Below, in pieces: positions 46,038 through 55,127 of a stretch of DNA of 64,000 nucleotides. The notes under the pieces are model-generated. The model did no database searches, was not told the origin of the DNA, and was given only the letters and a program-made list of their open reading frames with translations. How positions within the stretch are numbered: the stretch's first letter is position 1; every line of letters begins with the position of its first letter. The position numbers and the translations under genes are program-made. This DNA comes from Bacteriovoracia bacterium (GTDB taxonomy: Bacteria > Bdellovibrionota > UBA1018 > CAIPTA01). The stretch is taken from assembly GCA_050246755.1 (NCBI GenBank), contig JBFWVL010000005.1, forward strand, positions 64,001 to 128,000, written 5' to 3'.

Positions 46038-46163
46038 ACAGTCTTCTTGTCTCCTGATAGTACCCGAAAGCCGAATTGTAACTTCCTTACGTGGAGGCGT
46101 CGCGTCAATTTTTCTTGCCTCCTCCAATTCCCGGTGCTATTCCTCCTCCAACTGGAGTTCCCC

Positions 46164-46475
46164 ATGCTTATTCTTTCTCTGCTCGCTTTCGCCACCGCCG
46201 CTCACGCCGACGTGATCCTCCTCGATTGCAATGTGGAAGGAGGGGATCAGCAAGTGCGCGTATCGGATGGCGCCCTCGGCCTCGAACTGCAGGAGCTCAC
46301 GAGTAAAGGTTCCTGGAAAACCCGCTCCCTTTCGGCCAAAGAGTGGGAATCGAAAAATATCCGCCTCCAGAGCAGCCCCGGCGAAACGTACGTGCTGTAT
46401 TTTCAAGACAAGGCCTGGCTCTACCAGAGCGTAGGCTCGGGATTCCGCCAGTCCGGCTTCGCCGACTGCAATTAG
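46164..46475 (+). CDS. Small secreted hypothetical protein
   Basis: RBS GGAG; signal MLILSLLAFATAAHA; Cys near both ends of the mature protein. Confidence 0.65.
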   Translation: MLILSLLAFATAAHADVILLDCNVEGGDQQVRVSDGALGLELQELTSKGSWKTRSLSAKEWESKNIRLQSSPGETYVLYFQDKAWLYQSVGSGFRQSGFADCN

Positions 46476-46531
46476 TCACCGCCCTCCGTGTAAACCCTCA
46501 ATTCTCCTGCGCTAAAAGACGATAAGCCCTC

Positions 46532-48316
46532 GTGGACAAACGTCTTTTTCAGCTATTGCTGGCGCTCTGGCTTCTCGCCGCGCCCTTTGCCTTCGCCGCG
46601 CGTGACGTGGAAAAGCTTCTGCGCGAAGAAGGTGCCCGCGCAAAAGCAAATGCCGGTCTCTACTACGACGAAATTTTCGATCGAGACGGCCAGCTCCGCC
46701 CTCAATACAAAGATATTTACCCGCGCTTGCTCGAAAAAGAGCCCAGCGAACTGAAGAAAATCCGCGCGCTCACCAAAAAAGATTTCTTGGGTGACAACGC
46801 GCTTTCTCCCGTGGCCCTCATCACCGAAAAATCCGAGCACGATCTGAAGCGCCAAGGCGTGGCGCAGCGGGGGCGCGCCTTGCTGGAATTCCTGAAGGAT
46901 CACTATTCTGGCAAAAAAACCTATAGTGAGGTGATGCACCCCGCCCTCGTAGACCGCATCATCGCCCGCACCGGGGAAACCAGCTACGCGGGCCACATCA
47001 ATCCCGAGAGCATTCGCTTTATGTACGGCCCCGACATCATCCGCGATGCCGATGGGGTATTCCGCGTGCTTGAGGACAATACGAATTTTCTCGGCGGGCA
47101 GGGCGATCTGGTGAAGGCCCGTGAGTCGCTCTGGAAGCGGCTGCCAGAATACGCCACCGCTTTGGACAAAGAGGAAATTGCGCAGCCGATGGATTTTTAT
47201 AAAAGTCTCCTGACGCGCTACCGCCGCGAGATGCCGGATCCGAAAGCGCCGGTGGTTTTTTTCAGCGTTCCGCCTTATCCCGATAACGAAGATGTGCGCC
47301 TCAACAAAATCTGGAAAGAGCTCGGCGTAGAAACGGTTACCCCTTTCACGCGCAATCCTAAGCTGGTGAAGAAGAAAGACGGCCTTTACCTGGAGCGTAA
47401 AGTAGGCGCGAAAGTTCGCGCGGAGAAAATCGGCTACCTAATCCTCAATACCGAGTTCGGCGGCCTCGATCCCGGTTTTGCGCCGTCTCATCATCAGTTT
47501 TTGTTTGAAGCGGCAAAAGAGCATCTCGGCGCCAAAGGCCGGGAAGCGATTTCCAGGAAAAATAGGGAAGCGCTGGAAAAGGCGCTTGTGCCCGATCCCA
47601 GCGGAAACATCGACTATGCGGAAGTGGAGAACGTCTTGCGCAAGAAACTTGGCCTATCTCATTTCACCGAAGGCACGGAACGGGGCCTGGTGGAGGCGAT
47701 CGTGAAAGGCCAGGTGCTCTCGAACAATACTCCCGGGATCGATTTCATCAACGATAAAGAATTCAATATTTACGTGGAAGATCTGATCCGCCACTACCTG
47801 AAAGAAGAGCCCATTCTGCGCAATCTTCCCGCCCGCCGCCTGTATGCCGTGAATAAGGCCGGGGAGCGAGTGGTGGACGAGAAAGTTTTCCGTGACCTCG
47901 AGCGAGATACCGGTAAGTACGTGGTGAAGGTGGTGGATGGGCGCGGGGGAGAGGGCGTGTGGGTGGGGCCGAGGCTGAGCGCCGAGGGGCGGGCCGCGAT
48001 GCTGCAGAAACTGCAAGAGGATACAGGCCGTGAGGTGATTGTGCAGGAATACCGGCACCCCTCGGTGTTGGCGGGAGATATCGTGGATGAACGCGTGCTC
48101 GCGCAAGTGGGTCCCCGCGAGATTGGCGGAAAATTCGTGGAGGTTTCGGAAACGGGATGGTCGCGGGGTGTGAGCATGGCCGGAGACGGAAAAGTGAACC
48201 TCAGTGCCGGCAAGGCCCATGAGGTGACGGTCCTGCAACGGAGGCTAGATGTGAAAACGGGGCTTCCCGTTCGGCCGCGTTCCTGTTCCGAGCTTTACCG
48301 CGAGGCGCTTTATTAG
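46532..48316 (+). CDS. Circularly permuted type-2 ATP-grasp protein with signal peptide
   Basis: GPDIIRDADGVFRVLEDN, NNTPG..NDK, EEPILRN, VVKVVDGRGGEGVWVGP, VQE, VDER, VNLSAG; signal MDKRLFQLLLALWLLAAPFAFA. Confidence 0.85.
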   Translation: MDKRLFQLLLALWLLAAPFAFAARDVEKLLREEGARAKANAGLYYDEIFDRDGQLRPQYKDIYPRLLEKEPSELKKIRALTKKDFLGDNALSPVALITEKSEHDLKRQGVAQRGRALLEFLKDHYSGKKTYSEVMHPALVDRIIARTGETSYAGHINPESIRFMYGPDIIRDADGVFRVLEDNTNFLGGQGDLVKARESLWKRLPEYATALDKEEIAQPMDFYKSLLTRYRREMPDPKAPVVFFSVPPYPDNEDVRLNKIWKELGVETVTPFTRNPKLVKKKDGLYLERKVGAKVRAEKIGYLILNTEFGGLDPGFAPSHHQFLFEAAKEHLGAKGREAISRKNREALEKALVPDPSGNIDYAEVENVLRKKLGLSHFTEGTERGLVEAIVKGQVLSNNTPGIDFINDKEFNIYVEDLIRHYLKEEPILRNLPARRLYAVNKAGERVVDEKVFRDLERDTGKYVVKVVDGRGGEGVWVGPRLSAEGRAAMLQKLQEDTGREVIVQEYRHPSVLAGDIVDERVLAQVGPREIGGKFVEVSETGWSRGVSMAGDGKVNLSAGKAHEVTVLQRRLDVKTGLPVRPRSCSELYREALY

Positions 48317-48317
48317 T

Positions 48318-48460
48318 TGGTCTACTTGATTGTTGTTTTTACGGCGATTCGCGCGTGAATTCATGGACCTGCATCTATCTAGTATAAATCTGAAACCATT
48401 TTAAAAATTGTCTAGTGACTGCACGTGGTTAGCGGATTTCACCAACAATTAAGTAGACCA
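48318..48460. mobile_element. 143-bp MITE-like element, copy 2 (core inverted relative to copy 1)
   Basis: 18-bp TIR TGGTCTACTTGATTGTTG / CAACAATTAAGTAGACCA (17/18 match). Confidence 0.7.
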
Positions 48461-48519
48461 GATTTTAGTATTTACATGATGCGTCAATTCGTTTATACCT
48501 CCCTTCAGTTGAGGGACGA

Positions 48520-48993
48520 ATGCACCGTTTTCTACTTTTCGTTTTAACCGTGATTTCGCTGAGCCCTTCTGCTCAGGCCAAGCTCGAGATCCATAATCCG
48601 CATCACTACGATATCCTCAAGCCTAACTCTTCGCTGGAGTGCCGCTTCGTCGCCGACAATTCCTTCGGCTATTTGTTCGAGCGCGGCGGCGATGACCGCA
48701 TTCAGGTAAGCTTAATCACGAACGGCGTGAATGAGGGAAGTAAGAGTGCTTTCACCGTGGCCATCAAAGCGCAGGAAGCCATCGGTCTGCACCTCTATCT
48801 TTATGAGCGAACGGGGCAATTTGGCCGCTTCGTGGAGTTCGAGCTCCGTAATCAGCGCGACTCTTTCCTGAAATACGATTTTCCCGGACTGGCGATGCAA
48901 GTGAGCGCCATGTACGAGCCCGACGGTAAGGGCGGCGAGAAAGAAAATCTTTACCCCGACCTCATGAAGCGGATGGCTTGCCGCATTCTCTAA
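48520..48993 (+). CDS. Hypothetical secreted protein
   Basis: RBS GAGG; signal peptide ending AQA. Confidence 0.7.
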   Translation: MHRFLLFVLTVISLSPSAQAKLEIHNPHHYDILKPNSSLECRFVADNSFGYLFERGGDDRIQVSLITNGVNEGSKSAFTVAIKAQEAIGLHLYLYERTGQFGRFVEFELRNQRDSFLKYDFPGLAMQVSAMYEPDGKGGEKENLYPDLMKRMACRIL

Positions 48994-49056
48994 GTTATTT
49001 GCAAAGCGACCCGCATTGCCTTATTTCTGAATGGGCCTGGATTTCCGGAGGTTACG

Positions 49057-49299
49057 ATGGACGAAGATTTCGAAAAACTAAAGACCCGTGCTAAGCGCAT
49101 GGCCGAAGAAGCCACCGCCGGCGTGAAGGAAAAGCTGGAGGGCCTGCAGGATTCGGAAGAGTGGGAAGAAATTCGCGCCATGGCCACCGGCATGGCTAAA
49201 GATGCTGCCGAGCTAGTGCGTAAATATCCTTTGCAGTCCGTGCTCGGCGCCGCCGCCGCCGGATTTCTTTTAAGTTCACTTTTAAACCGCAAACGCTAA
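49057..49299 (+). CDS. ElaB/YqjD/DUF883-like tail-anchored protein
   Basis: VRKYPLQSVLGAAAAGFLL plus basic C-terminus; RBS GGAGG. Confidence 0.8.
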   Translation: MDEDFEKLKTRAKRMAEEATAGVKEKLEGLQDSEEWEEIRAMATGMAKDAAELVRKYPLQSVLGAAAAGFLLSSLLNRKR

Positions 49300-49309
49300 G
49301 GAGCCCGCG

Positions 49310-49735
49310 ATGAAATGGATCCCTCTTCTCCTGCAGCTGGTTTTATTTCGTAAAAATTGGCTCGAGTCCCAAACGATGGTGGAAACGGCGCAGGCGATGG
49401 CCGAGAAGAGCAAGCGCGTAGCGATTTTGCTCGTGGGTCTTTTTTTCTCCTCTATTTTTCTTATCTCCGGCATCGTCGTGGCCGTGCTCGAACTCGGCAC
49501 GCAGATCGATCGCGGGAACGGCATTCACTATTCGGGGATCATGATCTCCGCCACGATCCTGCTTTTCCTGGGGCTCGCGATCGTGGCCTTCGCGGTCTTT
49601 TCAGGCCCTAAAGTTCCCCAAAGAGCGGAACGCGCGCCGAGCGGAGATCGCCTGAAGGATCTCGCCGAAGAATGCATTTCGGTTTTCCTCACGCAGCTGC
49701 GTAAGCCTTCCGATCGGAATCCTCCGCAGGGCTAG
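49310..49735 (+). CDS. Two-TM membrane protein (YqjE/holin-like position)
   Basis: Two TM helices; directly follows the DUF883-like gene. Confidence 0.65.
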   Translation: MKWIPLLLQLVLFRKNWLESQTMVETAQAMAEKSKRVAILLVGLFFSSIFLISGIVVAVLELGTQIDRGNGIHYSGIMISATILLFLGLAIVAFAVFSGPKVPQRAERAPSGDRLKDLAEECISVFLTQLRKPSDRNPPQG

Positions 49736-50850
49736 CCGTGCAGTCGTAGAAGGGTAATTTCGGCGGGCACCCAGAGCCGCAGTGGTGGTCCCCAGAATCC
49801 CGTGCCCACGTTCACGTACACCTGCAAGTGCTCGTGCTGATTCAGTCCCTTGCTGTAGGGATTGAATTTTCCTACCAGTAAATTGAACGGAAAAAATTGT
49901 CCGTTATGGGTATGCCCGGAGAGCATGAGATCGAAGCCCGCCTTGGCGGCAGCGAATACGCTTTTGGGCTGGTGGGCCAGCAGGATTTTCGGCATGTCGG
50001 CGGCGGATTTTTTTGGCAATGCCTTTTCCGGCTGAGAGGCGTTACCGGCAGAGTAGTCGGGCACGCCGCCGATCCAAAGGTGGCCATTTCCGTGAGCTAT
50101 TTTTTCTCCTTCATTGAAGAGCACGTGAAATCCGAGCGCTCGTCCCGCTTTCATCCAGGATTGGGCATTCCAATAATACTCGTGGTTGCCGATCACGTAG
50201 AAGGTTCCGTGCCGCGATCGGATATCACGCAGCGAAGCTAAATCCTCGGTAAGCTCGTGCACGAAGCTATCGCCGAGGTCACCCGTCACTGCCACCGCAT
50301 CGGCGTGGAGGGCGTTGAGCTTGGCCACCACTTTTTCCACGTACGGTTTTTTAATCAGCGGCCCCACGTGCAGGTCGCTGATCTGCGCGAGCAGAAACGG
50401 CGGTGCTCCGCTGGGCCAGTGTGGCAGCTTCACGTTGATCTCGACCACCGCGGGGCCCGCCCAGGCGGTGCGCACTCCCCAGAGATTTCCTAGCGCCGCG
50501 ATCGCGAAAGTGGCGAGAGAAATTTGGCGCTGCCCGGCGGAAGAGAATAAGAAATCACCGTAGGGAGAATAGCTGAGGGCGAGGAGCAATACGTCTTTGG
50601 CGAGCGTGGCCACGAACAGCTGAGCCATAAGCCCGAGCAGCAGGTAGGTAACGAGCTGGAGGCCGCGGCGATCATGAAAAAAATCGTGGAGGAGCCAGCG
50701 GGCGGGCTGTAGGCCAAAGGAGACGAAGAAAAAAGCGGCCAAGGGAATTTGCAGGGCGGCCGGAGGGGTAGCTGGGCTCACGAGCCGGAACCAGATATAG
50801 AGCCAGACGAAAGCCAGTACGGAGGTAATGATGAGCACAAAAGTTCGCAT
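49732..50850 (-). CDS. Membrane-anchored metallophosphoesterase (YkuE-like)
   Basis: SDLH, TGDLGD, GNHE, LAHQP, SGHTH. Confidence 0.93.
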   Translation of the reverse strand: MRTFVLIITSVLAFVWLYIWFRLVSPATPPAALQIPLAAFFFVSFGLQPARWLLHDFFHDRRGLQLVTYLLLGLMAQLFVATLAKDVLLLALSYSPYGDFLFSSAGQRQISLATFAIAALGNLWGVRTAWAGPAVVEINVKLPHWPSGAPPFLLAQISDLHVGPLIKKPYVEKVVAKLNALHADAVAVTGDLGDSFVHELTEDLASLRDIRSRHGTFYVIGNHEYYWNAQSWMKAGRALGFHVLFNEGEKIAHGNGHLWIGGVPDYSAGNASQPEKALPKKSAADMPKILLAHQPKSVFAAAKAGFDLMLSGHTHNGQFFPFNLLVGKFNPYSKGLNQHEHLQVYVNVGTGFWGPPLRLWVPAEITLLRLHG

Positions 50851-50914
50851 ATCGGACCAGTATAGCAGGCTTTAGGGATTTGGGGCTTTTCCCGGCAAAT
50901 GTTATCTTACGAAG

Positions 50915-51550
50915 ATGAGCGCCTCCTTTTCCTATGCCGTCCATCTTCCTGCCGCGGGGTTTACGCGTGTTCCCTGGAAAAATGGCGAGGGCATTAGTTC
51001 CGAAATCGCCATTTTTCCGCCCGGCACGAGCTTGAAAGGTGGCGACTTCCTCTGGCGGCTCAGCGCGGCCGAAATAAACCAGCCAGGGGATTTTTCCGCG
51101 TTCCCGGGATTCGAGCGGGTTCTTGCCTTGGTGGCTGGTAGGGAGTTGGTATTGCGCACGGCGGACCAAATGGTGGCTTTGTCGCAGGGGGAAGTATTTC
51201 GTTTTTCCGGGCAGGACGCCTTCCGCTCGGAGCTCACCCATGGGCCGGTGAAAGATTTTGGCGTCATCTTCCGTGCCTCCGCGGTAAAGGTGGAGATGAA
51301 GGTGCTGGATTTTCAGAAGCGTGCGCGCTCTTTCACCTTGCCGTCGGCCACCAATTTTTTCTTCGTGGTGGCGGGGGAGTTCTCGGCGGAAGCCTATCCC
51401 GGCGAGCTCACGTTTCCGCTTGGTCCGGGCGATGCACTCCGCGTTAATCCCCTCGAAGGAGAGCGTATCGTTCTGCTCCAGCCAAATGCGAAACAGGGCC
51501 GCATCGTGGCGGTGGAGATCGTGGATTTAGGCGAGGCCATCAGCAATTAG
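50915..51550 (+). CDS. HutD/Ves family protein
   Basis: PWKNGEGISSEI, WRLSAAEI, FSAFPGFER, FSG. Confidence 0.88.
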   Translation: MSASFSYAVHLPAAGFTRVPWKNGEGISSEIAIFPPGTSLKGGDFLWRLSAAEINQPGDFSAFPGFERVLALVAGRELVLRTADQMVALSQGEVFRFSGQDAFRSELTHGPVKDFGVIFRASAVKVEMKVLDFQKRARSFTLPSATNFFFVVAGEFSAEAYPGELTFPLGPGDALRVNPLEGERIVLLQPNAKQGRIVAVEIVDLGEAISN

Positions 51551-51600
51551 GGGCCGATTTTTTCCTCCGGCAATGGTAGTAAAGAGCAGAGGGAAACATC

Positions 51601-52653
51601 GTGAAATCACCCGCCGTGCAAAGATTCGTCCGCATCGCGATCGCCATTTTGGTTTTCGTGCTGTTCGCTACCATTTTCATTCCGTTTTTTAAGGCAATTC
51701 TGATGGCGGCACTCTTCGCCTTTGCGCTGGATCGCTTGATCAGCCGTTTTTCGGTGAAGCGCTCCACGCGATTCATGCCTACTTTCTTGGTATTGGTGGC
51801 ATTTTTTCTGATTATTGCGAGCCCGATCGCGCTCGTCGCTTTTCGTCTTACCTCCTCCGTGCGCGGGCTCACCCAGAGTGGCTTCGCGAATTCGGCCGCT
51901 TATAAGTCTTTGAATGAGCTCGCCGGCAAAGCCGAGACCATTTCTCATTTCGTAATCCGTATTTTAAAGCTTCCTCCGGAAGCCATGGCCGGCCCCCAGG
52001 ATTTCGTCAAGAACGCCGGTACTTGGCTGCTCACCGGCTTAGGTACGCTCGCGGCCACCGCGCCCGAACTCGTGATGGATCTTTTTATTTTTAGTATCGC
52101 ACTCTATTTCTTTCTCACTGAAGCCAAGAGTATCCGCAAAACCGTTTCGAGTCTGAAGATCCTCACCGAAAGGGAGCTGGATCAAATCATTCTCGTGATC
52201 CAGCGAAGCAGTTATTTCACCCTGGTGGTTTCGGCGGCGGTGGGCGCAGTACAGGCTCTGATCGTCGCGCTCGGCGGCGTATTTTTCGGGTACTACGAAT
52301 TTCTACTGCTCTTCGCGATCACGTTTTTTACTTCCTTCATCCCGGTGATCGGCGCGGCCCCCGTGGCCATTCTCCTGGCGCTCTTTAGCCTTATTCAGGG
52401 GGAAGTGGGGGCGGCCATTGGCCTCGGCGTGGTGGCGCTGGTGGCGGGCAGTATCGACAATTTGCTCAAGCCCTACTTGGTGTCTTCGGGTTCGGAAGAG
52501 TCCCTCAATCCGGTCGTCTCGCTGCTCGCCATCATCGGGGCAGTAATCGTCTACGGGCTTCCGGGCCTTTTGCTCGGGCCCGTGCTCATGGAGCTCGCGA
52601 TAAAAATCATTCCTATTTTATTTGGCGATGAGGAAGAAGTGAATGGCGCTTAG
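51601..52653 (+). CDS. AI-2E family transporter
   Basis: Multiple TMs; SFIPVIG, IDNLLKP, GLLLGP. Confidence 0.9.
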   Translation: MKSPAVQRFVRIAIAILVFVLFATIFIPFFKAILMAALFAFALDRLISRFSVKRSTRFMPTFLVLVAFFLIIASPIALVAFRLTSSVRGLTQSGFANSAAYKSLNELAGKAETISHFVIRILKLPPEAMAGPQDFVKNAGTWLLTGLGTLAATAPELVMDLFIFSIALYFFLTEAKSIRKTVSSLKILTERELDQIILVIQRSSYFTLVVSAAVGAVQALIVALGGVFFGYYEFLLLFAITFFTSFIPVIGAAPVAILLALFSLIQGEVGAAIGLGVVALVAGSIDNLLKPYLVSSGSEESLNPVVSLLAIIGAVIVYGLPGLLLGPVLMELAIKIIPILFGDEEEVNGA

Positions 52654-52933
52654 CATTCCCGCCGAATCCAGATTTGCGCCCGCCGAGAATATTCGTTCCC
52701 GCCAAGTGGAGGGAGAAGTGGTGGTGGTGAATATGACGAGCGGGAACTACTACGTGCTCGATGAGGTAAGCACTTTTCTGTGGCGGCAGCTCGAAGAGAA
52801 GCCGGTTCGCGTGAGGGAAATGCTTGAGAATCTTCTCGCGGAATACGAAACCACGCCCGAGGAATGTCTGGGAAATATCGAAAATTTCTGCCGCTATATG
52901 CTCGAAGAAAAGCTGGTGATGGTTAAAAGCTAG
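52643..52933 (+). CDS. PqqD family (RiPP recognition element-like) protein
   Basis: EGEVVVVN...YYVLDEVSTFLWRQLE...LLAEYE...F...EEKLV pattern. Confidence 0.85.
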   Translation: MALSIPAESRFAPAENIRSRQVEGEVVVVNMTSGNYYVLDEVSTFLWRQLEEKPVRVREMLENLLAEYETTPEECLGNIENFCRYMLEEKLVMVKS

Positions 52934-55127
52934 ATTTTTCCTTAGGATTCGCGAACTGCAGATCGGTATTTTTGTGATTCGCTTCCAAGTAAGCCATCGC
53001 CCGTTTTCCCCATTTGAAAATAAACCGGCTCATTCCCTGCTCCAGGATTTTTAGGCGATTCATGGAGTTTCCTTCGAACGACATATTGCCGAAGTGATGC
53101 ACGTACACGTCCTTCGCGCATACTAGCTTCAGCCCGGCATCCGAAACGCGCAGGCAGTAATCGTCGTCCTCGAAGTAGCCGATACCGAAGCCTTCGTCGA
53201 GGAGCCCCACTTTTTCGATCGTATTCCGCGGAAGGTAGAAACAGAGCCCGCTCACCTTCGTGATCACGTCCCATGCTCCTCCGCTTTTTTCGTGGAGAAT
53301 TTCGTTGTAGCCGAAAAATTCTGCCACCGAATTATACCGCGCGCCCGGCACCGACTGGGCCGGCTCGGTATTCGTGCTGGGACCCAGCAGGCCGAGATCG
53401 GGAATCGTGCGCGCGTGGCGTAGCAGCCTTTCCAGCCAGCCAGGTGAAACCACCGTGTCGTTATTCAGCAGCACGACGTCCCGGCCTTTGGCCGCGCGGA
53501 TGCCCACGTTATTTCCCGCCGCGAAACCTAGGTTCTTGGCATTTTTGATCACGCGCAGGTTGGGGATCTTGGCCGCGAGTCTGGCGGTGCCGTCGGCGGA
53601 GGCGTTGTCTACGAGCAGAAACTCCGCCTTGAGGCCCGGGCTTTGTTTCTGGGCGTAAGCGAGGCTGCGCAGGCAAAGTTCGGTTACCGGCCACTGGTTA
53701 TAGGTGAGTAGGATCACGGTGATATCAGGTTTGGCTACTTTTGCGAATTTGGCGGGCGGCAGAACGATTTTCTTATTTTTTTTGGCCTTCTTCGCCAGCT
53801 GATAGCTCCGGATTTTCTCCAGAGAGAAAGAGCCGAGGAATTTTTCGCGAATAACGGGCGCGATTTTGTCTCGGGAGTAGGTGCCGATGAAGCTCTGTGC
53901 ATTTTTCTGAAGTTTTTCCCAGAGGGATTTGTCTTCGTAGAGACGCCGGATCTGGCCGGCGAACGCCTCGGCATTCTCTCCCACCAGACAGTTTTCTTCC
54001 GCGGTGAGGCTCATTAATGCGGCTCCTAGGGGGGTGGTCACCACCGGTAGCCCGGCGGCCATTGCTTCGCCGATTTTCTGGCTCATCCCGGAATCGAAGA
54101 ATACGGGAGCCAAGCTAACCCGGGCGCGGCGCAGAAAAATGCCCAGGTCTTTCACGTAGCCCGTCACTTTCAGCGCGCCCGCGAAGGCGCCGTATTTTTG
54201 CATCGTCTTCACGAGATAGATCGGATTATTGCCCACGAAGGTGAGGGGGCCGTGGGTCGTGGGATCGAGCAGGGGCGCCACTTCGTGCTTCAGAAAGATG
54301 GCCGCCGAAACATTGGGATGGTGGTCGAAATTTCCGATCAGCACCGCGCCTTTCCGTTTTTCCCAGCCGGGCGGATTTATTTCGTTTGGTTCGTAGGTAT
54401 TCGGGAAGAGCAAAACTTTTTCGGCGGGGAAACGCTCGCGCAGCTTTTCCTGATCGTCGGCGCTCGCCGCGACCACTACGTCGGCCTGGGCATATACTCG
54501 AAGCTCGTCCGCCTTCACTTGCCGGGCGTAGGAATAGTGCTCCGCCACTTTGGCGTGGTAGGCCTCGCCCAGTTCCTCTTTTTCCTGCTTCACGTTCACC
54601 ACGAACTTCACCGTTTTGTCGAGGTGCGTGGCCTGCCGTTCCAGGCGTAGGTAGTGGAGATCCACCGTGTCTACGTATACCTTTGCCCAAGGCTGAAAGC
54701 GGCGGATCTCGCTCAGGTAACGGTCGGCGATATAGAAATACTCTATCCACACGAGGTCGTAGATTTTCGCTTCGAGAAACTCGCGGAGGTCGTAGTCGTT
54801 CGTGGGGCGCAGGGTGAGAGGGCGGGGGAAGGGATCATTTAGGGGATTTACGTTTATGCTTCGTAGATCCTCAAAGTAGCCTTTCTCGATGAAATCGAAG
54901 CGCTCGCGGCGGAAATTTCCGTCCCGGACGGCGTAGTAGGCGTCAGTTTTATTGATTTTCTCTTCAAGGTTATGCATCACGTGGTTGGTGGCCACGAAGT
55001 CGATGTCTATTTCCGGAGAAAGCGCGCGCAAGATCTCAAATAGCCTTCGGTCGCTGCCGGAGCGGTCGTGCATCACGGGTGTCTTCCCGATCACTAGCAT
55101 TCTGGGTTTATGGCTTCCGGCTTTCAT
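52923..55127 (-). CDS. Bifunctional glycosyltransferase (GT4-like + GT2)
   Basis: KIGEAMAAGLPVVTT (GT-B); VDNASADG, GFAAGNN, LLNND, YFEDDDYC (GT-A). Confidence 0.92.
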   Translation of the reverse strand: MKAGSHKPRMLVIGKTPVMHDRSGSDRRLFEILRALSPEIDIDFVATNHVMHNLEEKINKTDAYYAVRDGNFRRERFDFIEKGYFEDLRSINVNPLNDPFPRPLTLRPTNDYDLREFLEAKIYDLVWIEYFYIADRYLSEIRRFQPWAKVYVDTVDLHYLRLERQATHLDKTVKFVVNVKQEKEELGEAYHAKVAEHYSYARQVKADELRVYAQADVVVAASADDQEKLRERFPAEKVLLFPNTYEPNEINPPGWEKRKGAVLIGNFDHHPNVSAAIFLKHEVAPLLDPTTHGPLTFVGNNPIYLVKTMQKYGAFAGALKVTGYVKDLGIFLRRARVSLAPVFFDSGMSQKIGEAMAAGLPVVTTPLGAALMSLTAEENCLVGENAEAFAGQIRRLYEDKSLWEKLQKNAQSFIGTYSRDKIAPVIREKFLGSFSLEKIRSYQLAKKAKKNKKIVLPPAKFAKVAKPDITVILLTYNQWPVTELCLRSLAYAQKQSPGLKAEFLLVDNASADGTARLAAKIPNLRVIKNAKNLGFAAGNNVGIRAAKGRDVVLLNNDTVVSPGWLERLLRHARTIPDLGLLGPSTNTEPAQSVPGARYNSVAEFFGYNEILHEKSGGAWDVITKVSGLCFYLPRNTIEKVGLLDEGFGIGYFEDDDYCLRVSDAGLKLVCAKDVYVHHFGNMSFEGNSMNRLKILEQGMSRFIFKWGKRAMAYLEANHKNTDLQFANPKEKSSF

